DNA from: Octopus bimaculoides
Taxonomy: Eukaryota
Length of the DNA stretch: 64,000 nucleotides
Direction: 5' to 3'
NCBI RefSeq assembly: GCF_001194135.2
Contig: NC_068989.1
Coordinates: forward strand, 55,789,109 to 55,853,108
Shown: piece after piece, positions 14,011 through 27,636 of the stretch
Position numbering within the stretch: position 1 is the first letter of the stretch
Layout of the letters: the number at the start of each line of letters is the position of its first letter
Notes under the pieces: generated by a model
Told to the model about the DNA's origin: nothing
Databases searched by the model: none
What the model saw: the letters and a program-made list of their open reading frames with translations, nothing else
Position numbers and translations under genes: made by a program

Positions 14011-14699
14011 TATCCTTAAAAAAAAATAAATACTTTTTATAAAGTTTAATATGTCAACATGAGTATTTTTTAATAACAAAAATAACAAAAAGCCTATTAG
14101 TACAAAGAACAAAAGAAACAATAGGATGAGAAGCTACAAATTATATGGCTTAGAGATACCATTGTCTCAATCACAGTAGGAAAACTTCTCAAATATTTCA
14201 CACTTGGAAACAGGTAATAGTTGTATTAAATGTCTCTAAGTGTCAGATAATCAAAAGAAAAAAAAAAAAAAAGAAAAAATCAAACATTCTTTTGAATTAA
14301 GATTCACATGGCATTTTCAATGGACATGAAGATAATTTGTCATGGCACTTCACATACTGGAAGAAAATTTTCAGTGATTCCTTAACAAAAAAGTAGTACA
14401 AATAAACTAGCAACACAATTTTTACTGGTGACTGCAAACTACATAACTAACATCAATAGGTGATTTGAAAAGAATCAGCTAAGGAATTCCAATAATATAA
14501 AGAAGTTTAACAATGTCACCAAGATTGTATCACAGTGTAAATTATGATAATGGTGATCATTGGAAAATTGTTTTTATCTCTATTTTCAATTCATTCATGT
14601 AGAGGAAATCATCGCAGAATATTTGAGAACAGATTTTACTCATTTGTTTATTTAATTGGTATGGCACTAGGGGCTGTGGCCATGGCCTTAGAAGACCCT

Positions 14700-15340
14700 C
14701 AAAAACCACTAAGATCAACAAGTTTCAAGTTCTCCTTCAACAGCTGACAAGTCCATGATTGGGTTTGATGATGTTATCATTCTTCTTGAACTATTACAAG
14801 TCAGCAGATGCAGGGAGAGAATTCTAAAGGGCCAACATTCTGGAAGGGAATGACTGGATAATGTGGTGGGGGAGAGGAGAATGGTCACAGTATGGGTCAC
14901 AGGTGAATCGCAAGTGCCTGAGTAGAGATCACATAGACTAACCAGTACTGAAGATTGGAGATCACTGTAGAAGTAGAAGAGGCAGAAAAAGGTGTGTGCA
15001 TGTTTGTGAACCAGAGGTTTCAATGTATTGGTAAGTGACTCCATGCCATTTAGTCCTTTCTTTGGCTGCTGTCAGGATATCTGCATATGTGTGGAAGTGA
15101 CCCCATCCAGATGTAGAAGCATCACTGCATTATGAATCTCATTTGAGCTTTAAGGCATTAGAAGTTGTTAAATGACAAGGTATTTTCTGGCCCTGAAGAG
15201 AGTAACCAGGTAGCCAGTCTTTGAGACATAGTCTTTGCTATGTTGAGGATGTGCATTCATCAGAAAAGATTCTCACTATTTATAGTGAGCTTGAGGGTTC
15301 TACTTGTATGTTGTTCATGTTTAACAGGAGACTGTAAGGT
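14700..15340 (-). mobile_element. Probable highly decayed LINE (CR1/L2-like) remnant
   Basis: GC-richer, strand-biased block with no clean ORF; family assignment is tentative. Confidence 0.3.
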
Positions 15341-15596
15341 AAGAGGAAGAGATGTAGCAAGATGGCGAAAAGAGGAGTAACCAGAAAGGGTTGAGAAAAA
15401 TAGATAATAATTAGAGCTAAGCAGCATTAGAATGGAATAGAAACAGAGATGAATTACAGAACAAAGACTTCCAATCTTCCTGCCAATATTTATATATAAA
15501 GTAGAAACTATATATAAAAGTGCTACATTAGTACAGAATTAAAGCTATTTAGCTGTGTGCCACAGAGTCAAACTAATGGTGTAAAGAGAGATTCAT

Positions 15597-15745
15597 TTAA
15601 TATGCAGATTGGTATGTTTATATATAAAGGTACTTACTGACGATAGAGTGCAAGTGTCTGGTTCAAAGATTCAATTAATATGCAGATTGGTATGTTTATA
15701 TATAAATGTACTTATTGAAGCTAGAGTGAGAGAGTACAAGTGTCT
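15597..15745 (+). repeat. ~78-bp direct duplication
   Basis: TTAATATGCAGATTGGTATGTTTATATATAAA at 15597 and 15675. Confidence 0.9.
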
Positions 15746-15979
15746 CCAATCTTCTAGAATATCACAGAATGTAGGTATTTAGTGTTGTATGCACTTGTGA
15801 AACTAAAAGTTTGATTATGATAAAAGGTATGCAGAGATCTACTACAAAAATGGAACAAGTCAATGCTGCCTCCCACTCTTTCTTTTTCTGTATAGTGTAT
15901 GCATATATGTGTGTGTGAGTATATATAAAACTTAATATAAGTTCAGTTACATATTATTTTAGAATATTCCTTATAAAAA

Positions 15980-16044
15980 TTAGATATATATATATATATA
16001 TAAATACTCACATACACATAAACATGCATACAATACACAGAAAG

Positions 16045-16087
<43 letters not shown>

Positions 16088-16176
16088 CATACACACACAC
16101 ATCTATAGAGAGAGAGAGAGAGAGAGATAGATACATACATATGTATGTGTATGTATATATATATTTATACATACAC

Positions 16177-16209
<33 letters not shown>

Positions 16210-16305
16210 GAAAATGAGAGACAGATATACAGCAAATATTTGTATGTGTGTATGTGCATGTGTGCGTGTGTGTGTGTGCGTGCGAGTGAGAGAGAGAGAG
16301 TACAG
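15980..16305. repeat. Compound (TA)n/(CA)n/(GA)n/(TG)n microsatellite
   Basis: Directly visible. Confidence 0.95.
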
Positions 16306-17349
16306 ACAGATATTCATTCTTATATGAATGAATGTGGATATGCAAACAAGTAGACCAAATAAAATATTTACATTTGCTACGGTTCTCTGAATGCTCCTAA
16401 TTCCCCCATTCTATTTATCATGAAATAAAACTGCTACAAATTCTATTTCAGTACTTCAATTACCATGCCACTGTTTTTTAACTTATAGCACACACACACA
16501 CAAATACATTTATTTAAAGGAGGCAAAAATGACTGAGTATACAGGATAAAGGACTATAAACAAAGATGTTTCGCTGAATATCTGAAGAAGACCAGTCTAA
16601 GTGCTTTAGTTCAAGTCATATGAGAAAATAATAAGCACCTCCAGCATCTGTCAAAAATACTCACTATAGACTACCATCCTATCCAGGAGATATGTCTCTC
16701 ATCTGTTTGATGCTACAGAAACCAGAGTTAAATAATGTCAATGGAGTATTGTGATTCATGAACTATAAGGTTCTAGATCTGCTTCAGTGTGTGTTGGTGT
16801 GCATGCATGTGTATGTCTATGTGAGTGTAAGTGTAATTGTAGAAGATATGTATGCATTTGTGCATGTGCATGTGCAGTCAAATGCACACACACATTATAT
16901 GCAGAATAATCTCTAAGAATAAAATAAAGACACACACATATACACCTAGATTTTAAATTGCTTGAGCACAATCCAAAATTATCATGTGTCTTCTTAAATA
17001 AGATCCAGCAGAGAATCACATTAATGTTTCACATATATCTATTGACTATAGAAGTTATAACAATGAAGACCCAGTAATCTTTTAGCTAGAGTGTCTTATT
17101 TTATCGTTCTCTTAGAGGAATGAAAGACAGGCTGATTTCTCGGGATCTGCATCTATTATGTCACTAAATTTCTTGCCCAGAGGTATTCAGACGAGAATTC
17201 ATTCCCTTTCTGATTACACAACGCCATCTTCAATCCTTTCATAAACATTGAAAAATAGGAGAAGAGGAATTAATGTTATTAATGTGATGATTAGAAATAC
17301 AAGCTTTCTCCACTAGTTACAACTGTTGGAAATGATTGTCACCACTCAC

Positions 17350-17379
17350 AGTGTCTTCTTCATATACTCTTTTTTAAAC
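17350..17379 (-). CDS. Putative 30-nt micro-exon (FKKEYMKKT-L)
   Basis: Acceptor gcttacag|, consensus donor |gtgagt. Only the phase-2 entry is open. Confidence 0.45.
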
Positions 17380-17867
17380 CTGTAAGCTTCAAGTGCAACT
17401 TGGAGATGATTTGAGAAGAATTAACTGCAAAATTTGTTCACCAGGCAAAGATGTATGCTTTAGAAATGTAACACTGCTAATAATGATAATGATGATGTTT
17501 TAAATTTTGGCACAAAGCCAACAAGTTTGGGCAAAGGGGTAAGTCAGTTACAAGGACCCGGTGTTCAACTGGTACTTATTTTATTGACCACAAAAGGATG
17601 AAAAACAAAGTCTACCTTGGCAGAATTTAAACTCAGAACATGAAGACAGACAAAATAACACTAAGCATTTTCCCAGCAGGCTAACGACTCTGCCAGCTTA
17701 AAGCTTCAATAATAACTATATGCACAAGGCCTAAAATTTTAGCAGGAGGGGCAAGCCAGTTACATCAGTGCTCTTCAACTACAAATGGATGAAAGGTGAA
17801 GTTGATCTCAGCAGAATTTGAACTCAGGACACAAGGATGGACAAAATGCTGCTATATATTTATATAT

Positions 17868-18001
17868 AGGTGCAGGCATAGCTGTGTAGTAAGAAGTTCG
17901 TTTCTCAACCACAGGGTTCTGGGTTCAGTCCTACTTCTACTATAGCCTTGGGCCAATCAAAGCCCAATGAGTGGATCTGGTAGACAGAAACTGAAAGAAG
18001 C

Positions 18002-18045
<44 letters not shown>

Positions 18046-18445
18046 TCCTGAACAGGACATAAGGTAAGTTGTCTCACATGTCCATGACTGACCTTCAGGT
18101 ATTTTAATACTTGGTGCTTTAAGAGTATCATTTCCAAAGCATCGAATTGCAGCCAACTGGCAAACTAGCAAAGCACATACATAAAGAATGCATGCTCAAT
18201 ACATGTATGTGTGGGGGTGGGGGGTGCATGTGTGTATGTTTTTGTGTCTTTGCTTGTCACTTGATAATAGGTGTTGGTGTGTTTACATCCCTGTAACTTA
18301 GCAGGTCAGCAAAAGAACTGATAGAATAAGGGCTAGGTTTGAAAAAAAATAAGTACTGGGATTGATTTACTTGACTAAAATTCTTCAAGGCAGAGCCCCA
18401 GTATAGCTGTAGTCTAATGACTGAAACAAGTAAAAGACAAAGGAC
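17868..18445 (+). mobile_element. SINE family A with ~190 bp of unrelated sequence in its central microsatellite
   Basis: Head 17868-18010, (TA)n, unrelated 18042-18230, tail 18230-18445. Confidence 0.8.
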
Positions 18446-18944
18446 ATATCAGATAATGCTTCATGAAAAGGTATACATGAAAAGTATACCATTCTACTAA
18501 ACTTCTCTTGCTAAAACAGAAATAATTTTCATTAGAAATGTATTCTAAACAATGGAAGCTAGGCTACATATTGTAAGCCAGACATGTCTATTTTGATCAT
18601 CTAGTACATAAAATGAGTTCCCTGTTCATGATGTTTTTAAACATACATTATTTTCATTAAACAACACATTCCATGTTCTCTTGTGGAAGATAATGACTCA
18701 CAGCTTAGGGGGTTGTTTTGCTTGTTTTACTTCACCTGTTTCATTGTCAGACAAATATAGATCAATATAGTTTTGCCATCTCTTAACCAGCTCTCTTTTG
18801 GGCTTGATTCTATGCAAGGAAATCCCTGTCACCTTCATCAACTTTCAGGTATGTATTTTTAAAGCCAAGTGTCTCCTGATGTCAACTGAAGAAGCTCATG
18901 CCCCACTCCAACTTAAAACAAACAGAGGTGAAATGGAAAAAAAT

Positions 18945-19003
<59 letters not shown>

Positions 19004-19004
19004 T

Positions 19005-19762
19005 ATGGTTTCACATTTTGCCACAAGGGCAGCAATTTGGGGGGAGGAGATGAGTTGATTACATTGACCCAGTGTTCAACTGGTACTTATTTTATCAACC
19101 CAGAAAGGATGAAACGCAAAGCTGACCATGGTGGAATATGAAGTGAGAACATGAGATCAAATGAAATACTGCTAAACATTTTGCCCGGCATGTTAATGAT
19201 TCTGCCAACTTATGATGGTTTCAAATTTTGCCACAAGGGCAGCAATTTTGTGGGAAGGGATGAGTCGATTACATCAACCTCAGTGTTGAACCCTGAAAGG
19301 ATGAAAGGTAAAGTCAACCTTGGCAGAATTTGAACTCAGAACGTAGTGATGGGCAGAATACTGCTAAACATTTTGCCTGGTGTGCAAATGTTTCTGCCAG
19401 CTCACTGCCTTAATAATAATAATAATAGTAATCAGTAAACAAGTATCACTTTAGTCTGCTGGTTGTGGGCAGCTGACACTTTCCATCATAGCCAGCAAAA
19501 TAAGCTGAGAGTTTTCATCAAATAATAATAATAATAAAAATAATAATCTCTTCTACTATAGGCAAAAGGCTTAAAATTCTGGGGAGGGGGATAGTTGATT
19601 ACATCGACTCCAGTACTCAACTGGTACTTATTTGGTTGACCTCAAAAGAATGAAAAGCTAAGTCAACCGCAGCAACATTTGAACTCAGAACACGAAGACA
19701 GGTGAAATACTGTTAAGCATTTTGCCTGGTTTGCTAACAATTCTGCCAACTCACTACTTTAA
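19005..19762 (-). mobile_element. Three head-to-tail SINE family B copies
   Basis: Copies at ~19005-19210, 19215-19412 and 19550-19762. Confidence 0.85.
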
Positions 19763-20267
19763 TCATCATCATCATCATCATCATCATTTAACGTCTGTTA
19801 TCCAAGCTGGCATGGGTTGGACAGTTTGACCAAGGCTGGTAAGCTGAGAGGCTGCACCAGACTACAGTTTGATTTGGCATGGTTTCTTGAGCTGGATGCC
19901 TTTCTTAATGCCAACTACTCCGAGAGTGTAATGGGTGCTTTTATGTGCCACTAGCATAGGTGCTAGTTGCATGACACCAGAATCTGCTACGACTACATTT
20001 TCACTTGGCTTGATGGGTCTTCTACTTAAGCACAGCATACTGCCAAAGGTCTCAGTCATTTGTCATTGCCTCCGTGAGGCCCAACACTCGAAGGGTGCTT
20101 TTTATGTGCCACTGGCACAGGTGCCAGTTAATAATGGTAATAATACAGGAAAGTATTAGATAGCATGGTACTGTAGGCTGCAGGCAGCAAGCCCACTACG
20201 CATGAAAGACTCCAGGAGTTCCACCAAAAGCTGAGCTAAAAAGAATAATAATAACAACAACAACAAC

Positions 20268-20334
<67 letters not shown>

Positions 20335-20839
20335 GTAATTGTAATAATTTTTTAATGCTACATCAAAGCAATATACTCTAAATTTTGTCATATGAGATAC
20401 CTTTCATTAAAGTGTAGCACAAAGAGAGATGTACAAAGATAAATGCAAAATTCTCAGTTAACAATGCTGTAATTCTCTGAGCAATCCATATTTATAGAGC
20501 TAACATTTAGAAAGGACAGTGAGTGCTAATTCAATTGTCATAAGATTAAGCTTTTTCTTTCTGATGGCTTTACCAACATAAACAAGTTAGGACTATATTG
20601 AGTCCTTGTAGAGAGAGCATGACGCTTTATGGGTAAAAAGCCAAAGAAATAAAGGCTAGATCCAATGTGAAGGTATAAATTAGCACATGTTCAAAATAGA
20701 GCAAAAGAACTCTATTGAAAAGAAACTTACTTAACTCAAACAAATTCAGTGTAATTACAATATTTTCTTAAGAGCATAAATGATTACAAACAGTTCTTCT
20801 CAATACTGGCACTTAAGAAACTATATTCCCTCAACCCAC

Positions 20840-20868
20840 ATTTTGACAGTTAGCTTTTGAAGTGAAAC
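20840..20868 (-). CDS. Putative 29-nt micro-exon (VSLQKLTVK-M)
   Basis: Acceptor cctcttttgtag|, donor AAT|gtgggt, phase 0 to 2. Confidence 0.4.
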
Positions 20869-21419
20869 CTACAAAAGAGGCAAGTTTCAAGTATGTTCAA
20901 ATAGATTTTAGAGCTGTTACATANNNNNNNNNNNNNNNNNNNNNNNNNNNNNNNNNNNNNNNNNNNNNNNNNNNNNNNNNNNNNNNNNNNNNNNNNNNNN
21001 NNNNNNNNNNNNNNNNNNNNNNNNNNNNNNNNNNNNNNNNNNNNNNNNNNNNNNNNNNNNNNNNNNNNNNNNNNNNNNNNNNNNNNNNNNNNNNNNNNNN
21101 NNNNNNNNNNNNNNNNNNNNNNNNNNNNNNNNNNNNNNNNNNNNNNNNNNNNNNNNNNNNNNNNNNNNNNNNNNNNNNNNNNNNNNNNNNNNNNNNNNNN
21201 NNNNNNNNNNNNNNNNNNNNNNNNNNNNNNNNNNNNNNNNNNNNNNNNNNNNNNNNNNNNNNNNNNNNNNNNNNNNNNCAACAAGTAGCTGGCTTTCTAC
21301 TGCAAAGAACTCATGTGAAATGTAATTAATAACTGCTCTCTACAAGACAGGTTGAGACAAACGGAGAAATATGCTATACCTTAGGAACCAAGACAGAAAC
21401 AGAATTTGTTCGGTATTGA

Positions 21420-21750
21420 GGGTAAAGACCCCTTTCAATCATGAATGACCATGGGATTGCACCTAGAAATTTATACTCTGAGGCACAAGTCCAGGTAAGG
21501 TTGTTTATGGAAGACCAGCAATCATCCATGCATAACAGTCTTCCCTCTCCAAGCCACCGATGTTATCCAAGGGAAAGACAAAGGCCAATGCAGCTTGGCA
21601 CCATTGACGTCATTACTCATTTCTACAGCTGAGTGAACTGGAGCAACAAGAAATAAAGTGTCTTGTTCAAGAATACAACACACAACCTGATCTGAGAATC
21701 GAACTCACTACCACTACCCAACGCTCTAACTGTTGAGCCATGCACCTTCA
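21420..21750 (-). mobile_element. SINE family C
   Basis: Reverse-complement homology to 41213-41550. Confidence 0.85.
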
Positions 21751-21823
21751 GAATTATAGGTATCATTTGTATTAATGAACAAAAGTCAAAAGCTGATAAT
21801 TTATTGCTTTGGGGCTGACTACC

Positions 21824-22051
21824 TTAACTCTCTAGCATTTAATCTAACCATATCCAGCCCAAATATTCTACCTATTTTATGTTAAAACTGACCAGATTTA
21901 ACCACTCACACCTACCCTACAATGCCCTTCTAAAAATATACAAACACAGCATTGAAGTTTTGAAGCTACAAAATAATGTGTGATTAATTTAAAACAATGT
22001 GAATAAATAAACAATACATTTGACAAAGAAATCAGAATGCTAAAGGGTTAA
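21824..22051. mobile_element. piggyBac-type MITE (TTAA-flanked)
   Basis: TTAACTCTCTAGCATT ... AATGCTAAAGGGTTAA; homologous copy at 44288-44516. Confidence 0.8.
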
Positions 22052-23070
22052 TGACTATTACTCATTTGTTTTACAATTAATTTATTGGTTGGAGTTCAAT
22101 GTTAAATATTTTCTATTAGTACAAAACAAAACGATTACCACTTACTGAATTCGTAACAAAAAATTTAATTAAGCAATATAAGTTTTTATTTCCTGATTAA
22201 ATTTACCATTTCATAATATTATTTTCAAAATATAGTTCATAGATATTTAGCTGATAGTGTTTGTCTGAATTAATTAAAACAAGAAAGCATGCCAAAGTTC
22301 TATTCCAATAAAACAAAATAGAAAATACCACCTACTTAATCAAAATAGTCTTTATTATATATACACACACACACACACACAGCACAGCATGTAATGGAGA
22401 AAGTCCTTAGAAAGGCCACATGTCCAGACTTGTGTTCCTTGAAAACCATAAATAAGCTCAGCACTTGATTTTAACAATAGCCTTTGTCACACAGAACACA
22501 AACGTTTCTGGTTCACAAGCAGAAAAAATGAAAGAAATAAAAATAAGTACTTAAATTCTAATTGCTTTTCAAATAAATATAAAAATAGTATTGGTTGAAT
22601 AACATAAGACAGAAAATAAAACTTTAGCAGCTAAGGTATCAAATTAAAGTGGCTAACACTGGTTCAATCCTCTAACTAGGTTTAGTGCTCTCACCATTCA
22701 CTTACATGTAACTAATTGCTGGTGACGGCAATTTTAAAATACTCATTCAGATGAAAATCATTTTAATCTCTAGTGAAATAAAACACCAACCCAAATGAAT
22801 CTGTTTTATTGCCCAACTGAATTTATTTTATTTTAAGCTTCCCTAAAGCTGAAAAACTGGTGTGCAATAGCAAAGGCTTAACCCCACTCTTCTATGTATC
22901 ACAAGATAAAGCACTTCTTTACCGCTTCATATTTGGCAGGCAATCATTTATTGGCAATAATACAAATCTAGTGAAACCTAGCATTTAAACTTTTAAATGT
23001 GATACTCAGTTATTCTGCCAAATAGAATGGGTGTATAAAACTAGATATATTAAAAAAAAAATAAACAATA

Positions 23071-23490
23071 GGTGCAGACATGGCTGTGTGGTTGGGAAGC
23101 AAGCTTCCTTCCCAACCACATGGTTTCAGGCTCAGTCTCAGTGTGTGGTATCATGGGCAAGTGTCTTCTTCTATAGTCTTGGGCCGACCAAAGCCTTGTG
23201 AGTGGATTTAGTTGACGGAAACTGAAAGAAGCCTGTCGTATATGTATGTTTGTCTTTGTGTCTGTTTCTCCCCCCCCCCTCACCACCACCACCACCACTT
23301 GACAGCTGGAGTCAGTGTGCTTTTGTTTACCTCCCTGTTACTAAACAGTTCAGCAAAAGAGACCGATAAAATAAGTACTAGGCTTAAAAAAAGTAAGGCC
23401 TGAGTTTGAGTTGCTAGGCTAAAAGCCTTCAAGGCGGTGCCCCAGCATGGGTGCAGTCAAGTGACTGAAATAAGTAAAGGATAAAAGATA
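23071..23490 (+). mobile_element. SINE family A, full length
   Basis: Same head, body and tail as 9310-9725. Confidence 0.9.
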
Positions 23491-23702
23491 TCATACACTT
23501 AATACTTGTTTTCTGTTTCAACATTATTTTCACAATCTGTATATTCCAACAAAGTTTCTGGCCTCAGTTGATGGACCAAGTTATACATCAAAATAATTCT
23601 TAAGAAGAATGAGAATACATAGCACAAATAATGACCTTCTAATGAAGTTCAACTCAGACTGACAAACTAAACCTTTTTACTGCTTATTTAGTGTACTGGA
23701 TC

Positions 23703-24664
23703 TATGAAGTGGTATCAAAAGGTTCCTGGATTAGTTATGTTTAATAGAAAATAACTTATTTACCTCAGTTTTAACATCATCTCCTTCAAAATAGTCACCT
23801 TGTGCAGCAATACACCCGTCCCAGCATTCCTGCCACTTTGAGAATCCAGCCTGGAAGTCATTTTCCATAAGTAAGTCAAAGACCTTCTGCAATTTACTCT
23901 GAATCTCAACAATGGTGTTAAAATAGCAACCTTAGAGCTGCATTTTCATCTTGGGGAAGAGATGGAAGTCCACAGATACTAAATCTGGCAAATAGGGTGG
24001 GTGTGGATGCGATAGCATGTTGTTTTTGGTGAGAAACTCATGAGTGAGGAAAGATCAGTGACAGGGTGTATTGTTGTCATGAAGTATCTAATTCTTCACA
24101 TTCCACAAATCCGGTCGCTTTCTCCGAATGTCCTCCTTTAAATGCTTCAATATGTTACACTAGAACTCTTGATTGACTGTCTAGCCCTGGGAGACGAATT
24201 CTAAGTGCAACTACCACAAAACCAGGTGTGACACCCATGGCAGTTCTTCGAGATTGCTCATTGTCTTCCAAAGACGTTCTTCCACTTTTGATGTACCTGT
24301 GCTACTCGAAACATTGCATATGACCCATTGCTTTGTTGCCGTACGCTTTCCAAAGCATGCTCAATGTCTCAAACAGACTTCCCAAGTTTGACACAAAATT
24401 TCATGTTAGCTCTTTGTTCCTGTCTATGACAAAATCGCAGACTACAGACTACACATAATCGCAGATTACACATAATTGCAGACTACAGACTACACATAAT
24501 CACAAAATCACAAATTTCACAACTTGCAAAGTAAGCGCAGTAATGTCACTCCGTACACTGCCTTATGAAGGTCACTGCTAGATCTCACTGCACATGCAAC
24601 TGTGTGCTGCCATCTGTTGGCATGCTATAGAACTAGTCCAGGAACTTTTTGATACTATCGTGTA
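23703..24664 (-). mobile_element. Internally deleted mariner (Tc1/mariner) DNA transposon, copy 1
   Basis: TIRs ..GTATCAAAA(G/A)GTTCCTGGA(T/C)TAGTT with TA at both ends; remnant transposase homologous to copy 2. Confidence 0.9.
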
Positions 24665-25945
24665 TGTGTTTCTCTATGGCATTCAATCAGATACTTTGAT
24701 ATTCCGTGCACTTATATATAGCAAACAAGAAACCACTCAACAAGCATAACTTTCCTAAAGCACGAGTACACCATTCCAACATACCAGCTCCTTTTATACT
24801 GTAAATCTATATTATCTTAGACCATTCATTCATATATTGAATTGTGAACTAACAGAAAAATAGCTTGTTTTCCAGTTTATATTTGGTGGATACAACAAAA
24901 TTTCAATTATCATTTAAATTAACTGTCATCCAAATCTGACTAGAGATACATGACTTGTTGTTAGTGCAAACATTGATTGTGGATAGAAGTAAATTTGGAT
25001 GTCTAGCTTATATTCCTTATACTCTCTTTTACTTTTCTGTTTCACCAAAACTGTTCTTAAAATCAGAACTTGCAAGTGTTAGTTTTCTACAGAAGCACTA
25101 GAAACATTCATTTTGAATTCTGAATTTTCAGATTGTTGAGATACTTTGGCTTATCATCTCTCTACAAGAGTTGATAAAAATAAAATCAATAGTATGTACA
25201 GGTACCACAAAAAAAAAGCATCCAATACACTTTGTAATATAGTTGATAAAAGGAAGGGCATCTAGCTGCAGAAACTATGCTAAAGCGGACATTGGAGCTT
25301 GACACAGCCTTCTGGTTTGTCAGACACTGATGAACAGTTTAAGCTATGCCAGCAAGAAAGACAGATGCTAAATGATGATGCTGATGAGAGATCAAGATTT
25401 TCAAAAGTAGTTTTCTATTATTCAAAGTTTCATCTTTTTTCTATGGGAAATGTAATTTTAGATTATTGCTTTGCTTTCCTTTGGATTATTTGAATGTACA
25501 AACGGGTAATTTTGAGTCCATAGTGCAGACATGTTACATCACTGAGATTTCCAACAATAAGTACCACATATCTGTTCAGCCCACATCTACAACTTCATGG
25601 TGTAAGATGAAAATCACCCATGGACCATTAATATAACAACAAGTATCTAATTTGTAACTGGTTAGTAATATTACAAGAAACATTTATGCAAATATTATTT
25701 CTAGCTTATGCTAAACTGCAATTTGGAATGGTGTTAAAGTTGATAATCAAAGCAGGAGTCATGCAGGGCTGTATATTAACACTAATGTTATGATAATTGA
25801 TTTTTAACTAAAAAAAAAAAAAGGCAGGTCAACAAAAAAAAAGTAGTATATTATAAACTAAAAGCATTGGTGAAATAAATTCACTAATTATTTGGCTCTG
25901 CTTATTATGGGAAAAGAAACAAACATTAACCTTCTTTGCACTAAC

Positions 25946-25967
25946 CACTTTGTTCAGTTCTTCATCC
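25946..25967 (-). CDS. Putative 22-nt micro-exon (DEELNKV)
   Basis: Acceptor tctattctag|, donor GTG|gttagt. Only the phase-2 entry is open, matching the previous exon. Confidence 0.4.
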
Positions 25968-26032
25968 CTAGAATAGATATCTCTTCCCTGCTCATGTCTT
26001 TCTTGTTGGTGTTGAACTACAACAGTTTAAAT

Positions 26033-26285
26033 CAGTGATTCTCAACCAGGGTCCACATAGCCCTTGGGGGTCCATATAAGATTTTGTTACTAAAAATTAT
26101 GTGTAATACATTGCTTATACTTTTACAGTACACAAAATATTTTAATTTTTATACAATTCCTAGTAATATTTAATTATAAAAATACAGTATGGTTTTTTAA
26201 AAATACATTGAATGACTATGGAGGTCCAGTAAAGTAAAATAAGAATCAAAGAGATGCATAGGCAAAAAATCGTTGAGAACCACTG
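26033..26285. mobile_element. hAT-type MITE
   Basis: TIRs CAGTGATTCTCAAC / GTTGAGAACCACTG; 8-bp TSD GTTTAAAT/GCTTAAAT. Confidence 0.85.
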
Positions 26286-26307
26286 GCTTAAATAGCATCA
26301 AACCCAC

Positions 26308-26321
26308 CAGTCTTGGAGGGC
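26308..26321 (-). CDS. Putative 14-nt micro-exon (ALQD-W)
   Basis: Acceptor attctttcag|, donor CTG|gtgggt. Phase 0 to 2 links the flanking candidates. Confidence 0.35.
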
Positions 26322-27636
26322 CTGAAAGAATCATGGGCTCTACTGCATCCTCCAGACTCAGTAAGTAAAAAGAATGAAAGAAACTAGGAAAATACGATAA
26401 AATATTTAGGAACCAAAGATGCCAATGAGTGATCAGTTTAAACTTTATGGCTAAAATTCAAGACAAAAATAACTTAGTATATCTGGGAAGTGACATCATT
26501 TGCAGTTATAGCATTACTGCAGGCCAGATCAACTAGAAAGTTAATGAATTAATAAATGCATTTATTAAATCAAAATATATATTTTTTAATGAAAGACATT
26601 GTGTCACATATTAAACAGGGACTATTCAGATCTCAACATTTTGTTTTACATGAGACAGACAACAACATACCTGAAAGCATTACTAAAGGTAAATTATGAA
26701 TGTTATATCACAATAACAAAAAGTCCTTTGTGTTCTTTTACATATCATGAAGGTATGTCATTTCATTTAGGTTGGACCATTTATAAGAATGAATGATTGT
26801 CATATCACTAAGCATTTCAACCACCAGAGAAAAACAAAAGAAAGACACAGGTGGCAATGGAGTGGCAACCTGAAGAATGAGTTGAGTTTGCATGGTATGT
26901 CAATGGTAGGCCTAATGATACTTGCACTTGACTGAATGAGAGATTAACCAACTTATACTAGCAACAGAATATAAACTTTCGATTCTTCAGCTCAGAAGCT
27001 GATATCCATTTAATCAAAGAATTCTTCTGAACCACAAAGTTTTAAGCCTTAGCAATCAATCATTTAATTCCCATTTTGTTCAACAATAACAAAAAGGAAA
27101 AGAAAACAAAATTTCTTTCCAGAAAACTAAAAACAAAAAGTAAACGCTATGAGAAATATTTGGACATCCTACAAAAACTTTACATTCAATAATATTCTAA
27201 ATTCAATAATTATTTAAATAGAAGCTCTTAATTATAATCCCACATAGGACAAGTACATAAAACTAGCTGCTATCATAGATTTTGAATTTCCCATAGAAAA
27301 GAAAAAAAATATCTGCACAGACCCACTCATTTATAATAGCAAGCCAGTAAGTGACTAGTGACAACTTTGCATACAATCCCTTCCGTCCCATATACACACA
27401 CCTAACTCTGTACAACAATACTACTCATACATTCCAAGCAACATCTATTCAATTTGACCAGCATGTCTCATATTTCTTGAGAATTCAACATGCATTGATG
27501 AATGTAAGAAGGAGCCATACACTGACACTGAGGTAATAATTTTATAGCAGAATGAAATTAAAATTACAAAGCTAAATAAAAAACAACACAAATTAATAAC
27601 AAAAGCTATTGAGGTAGAGTAAAGAATGTATTGTAC

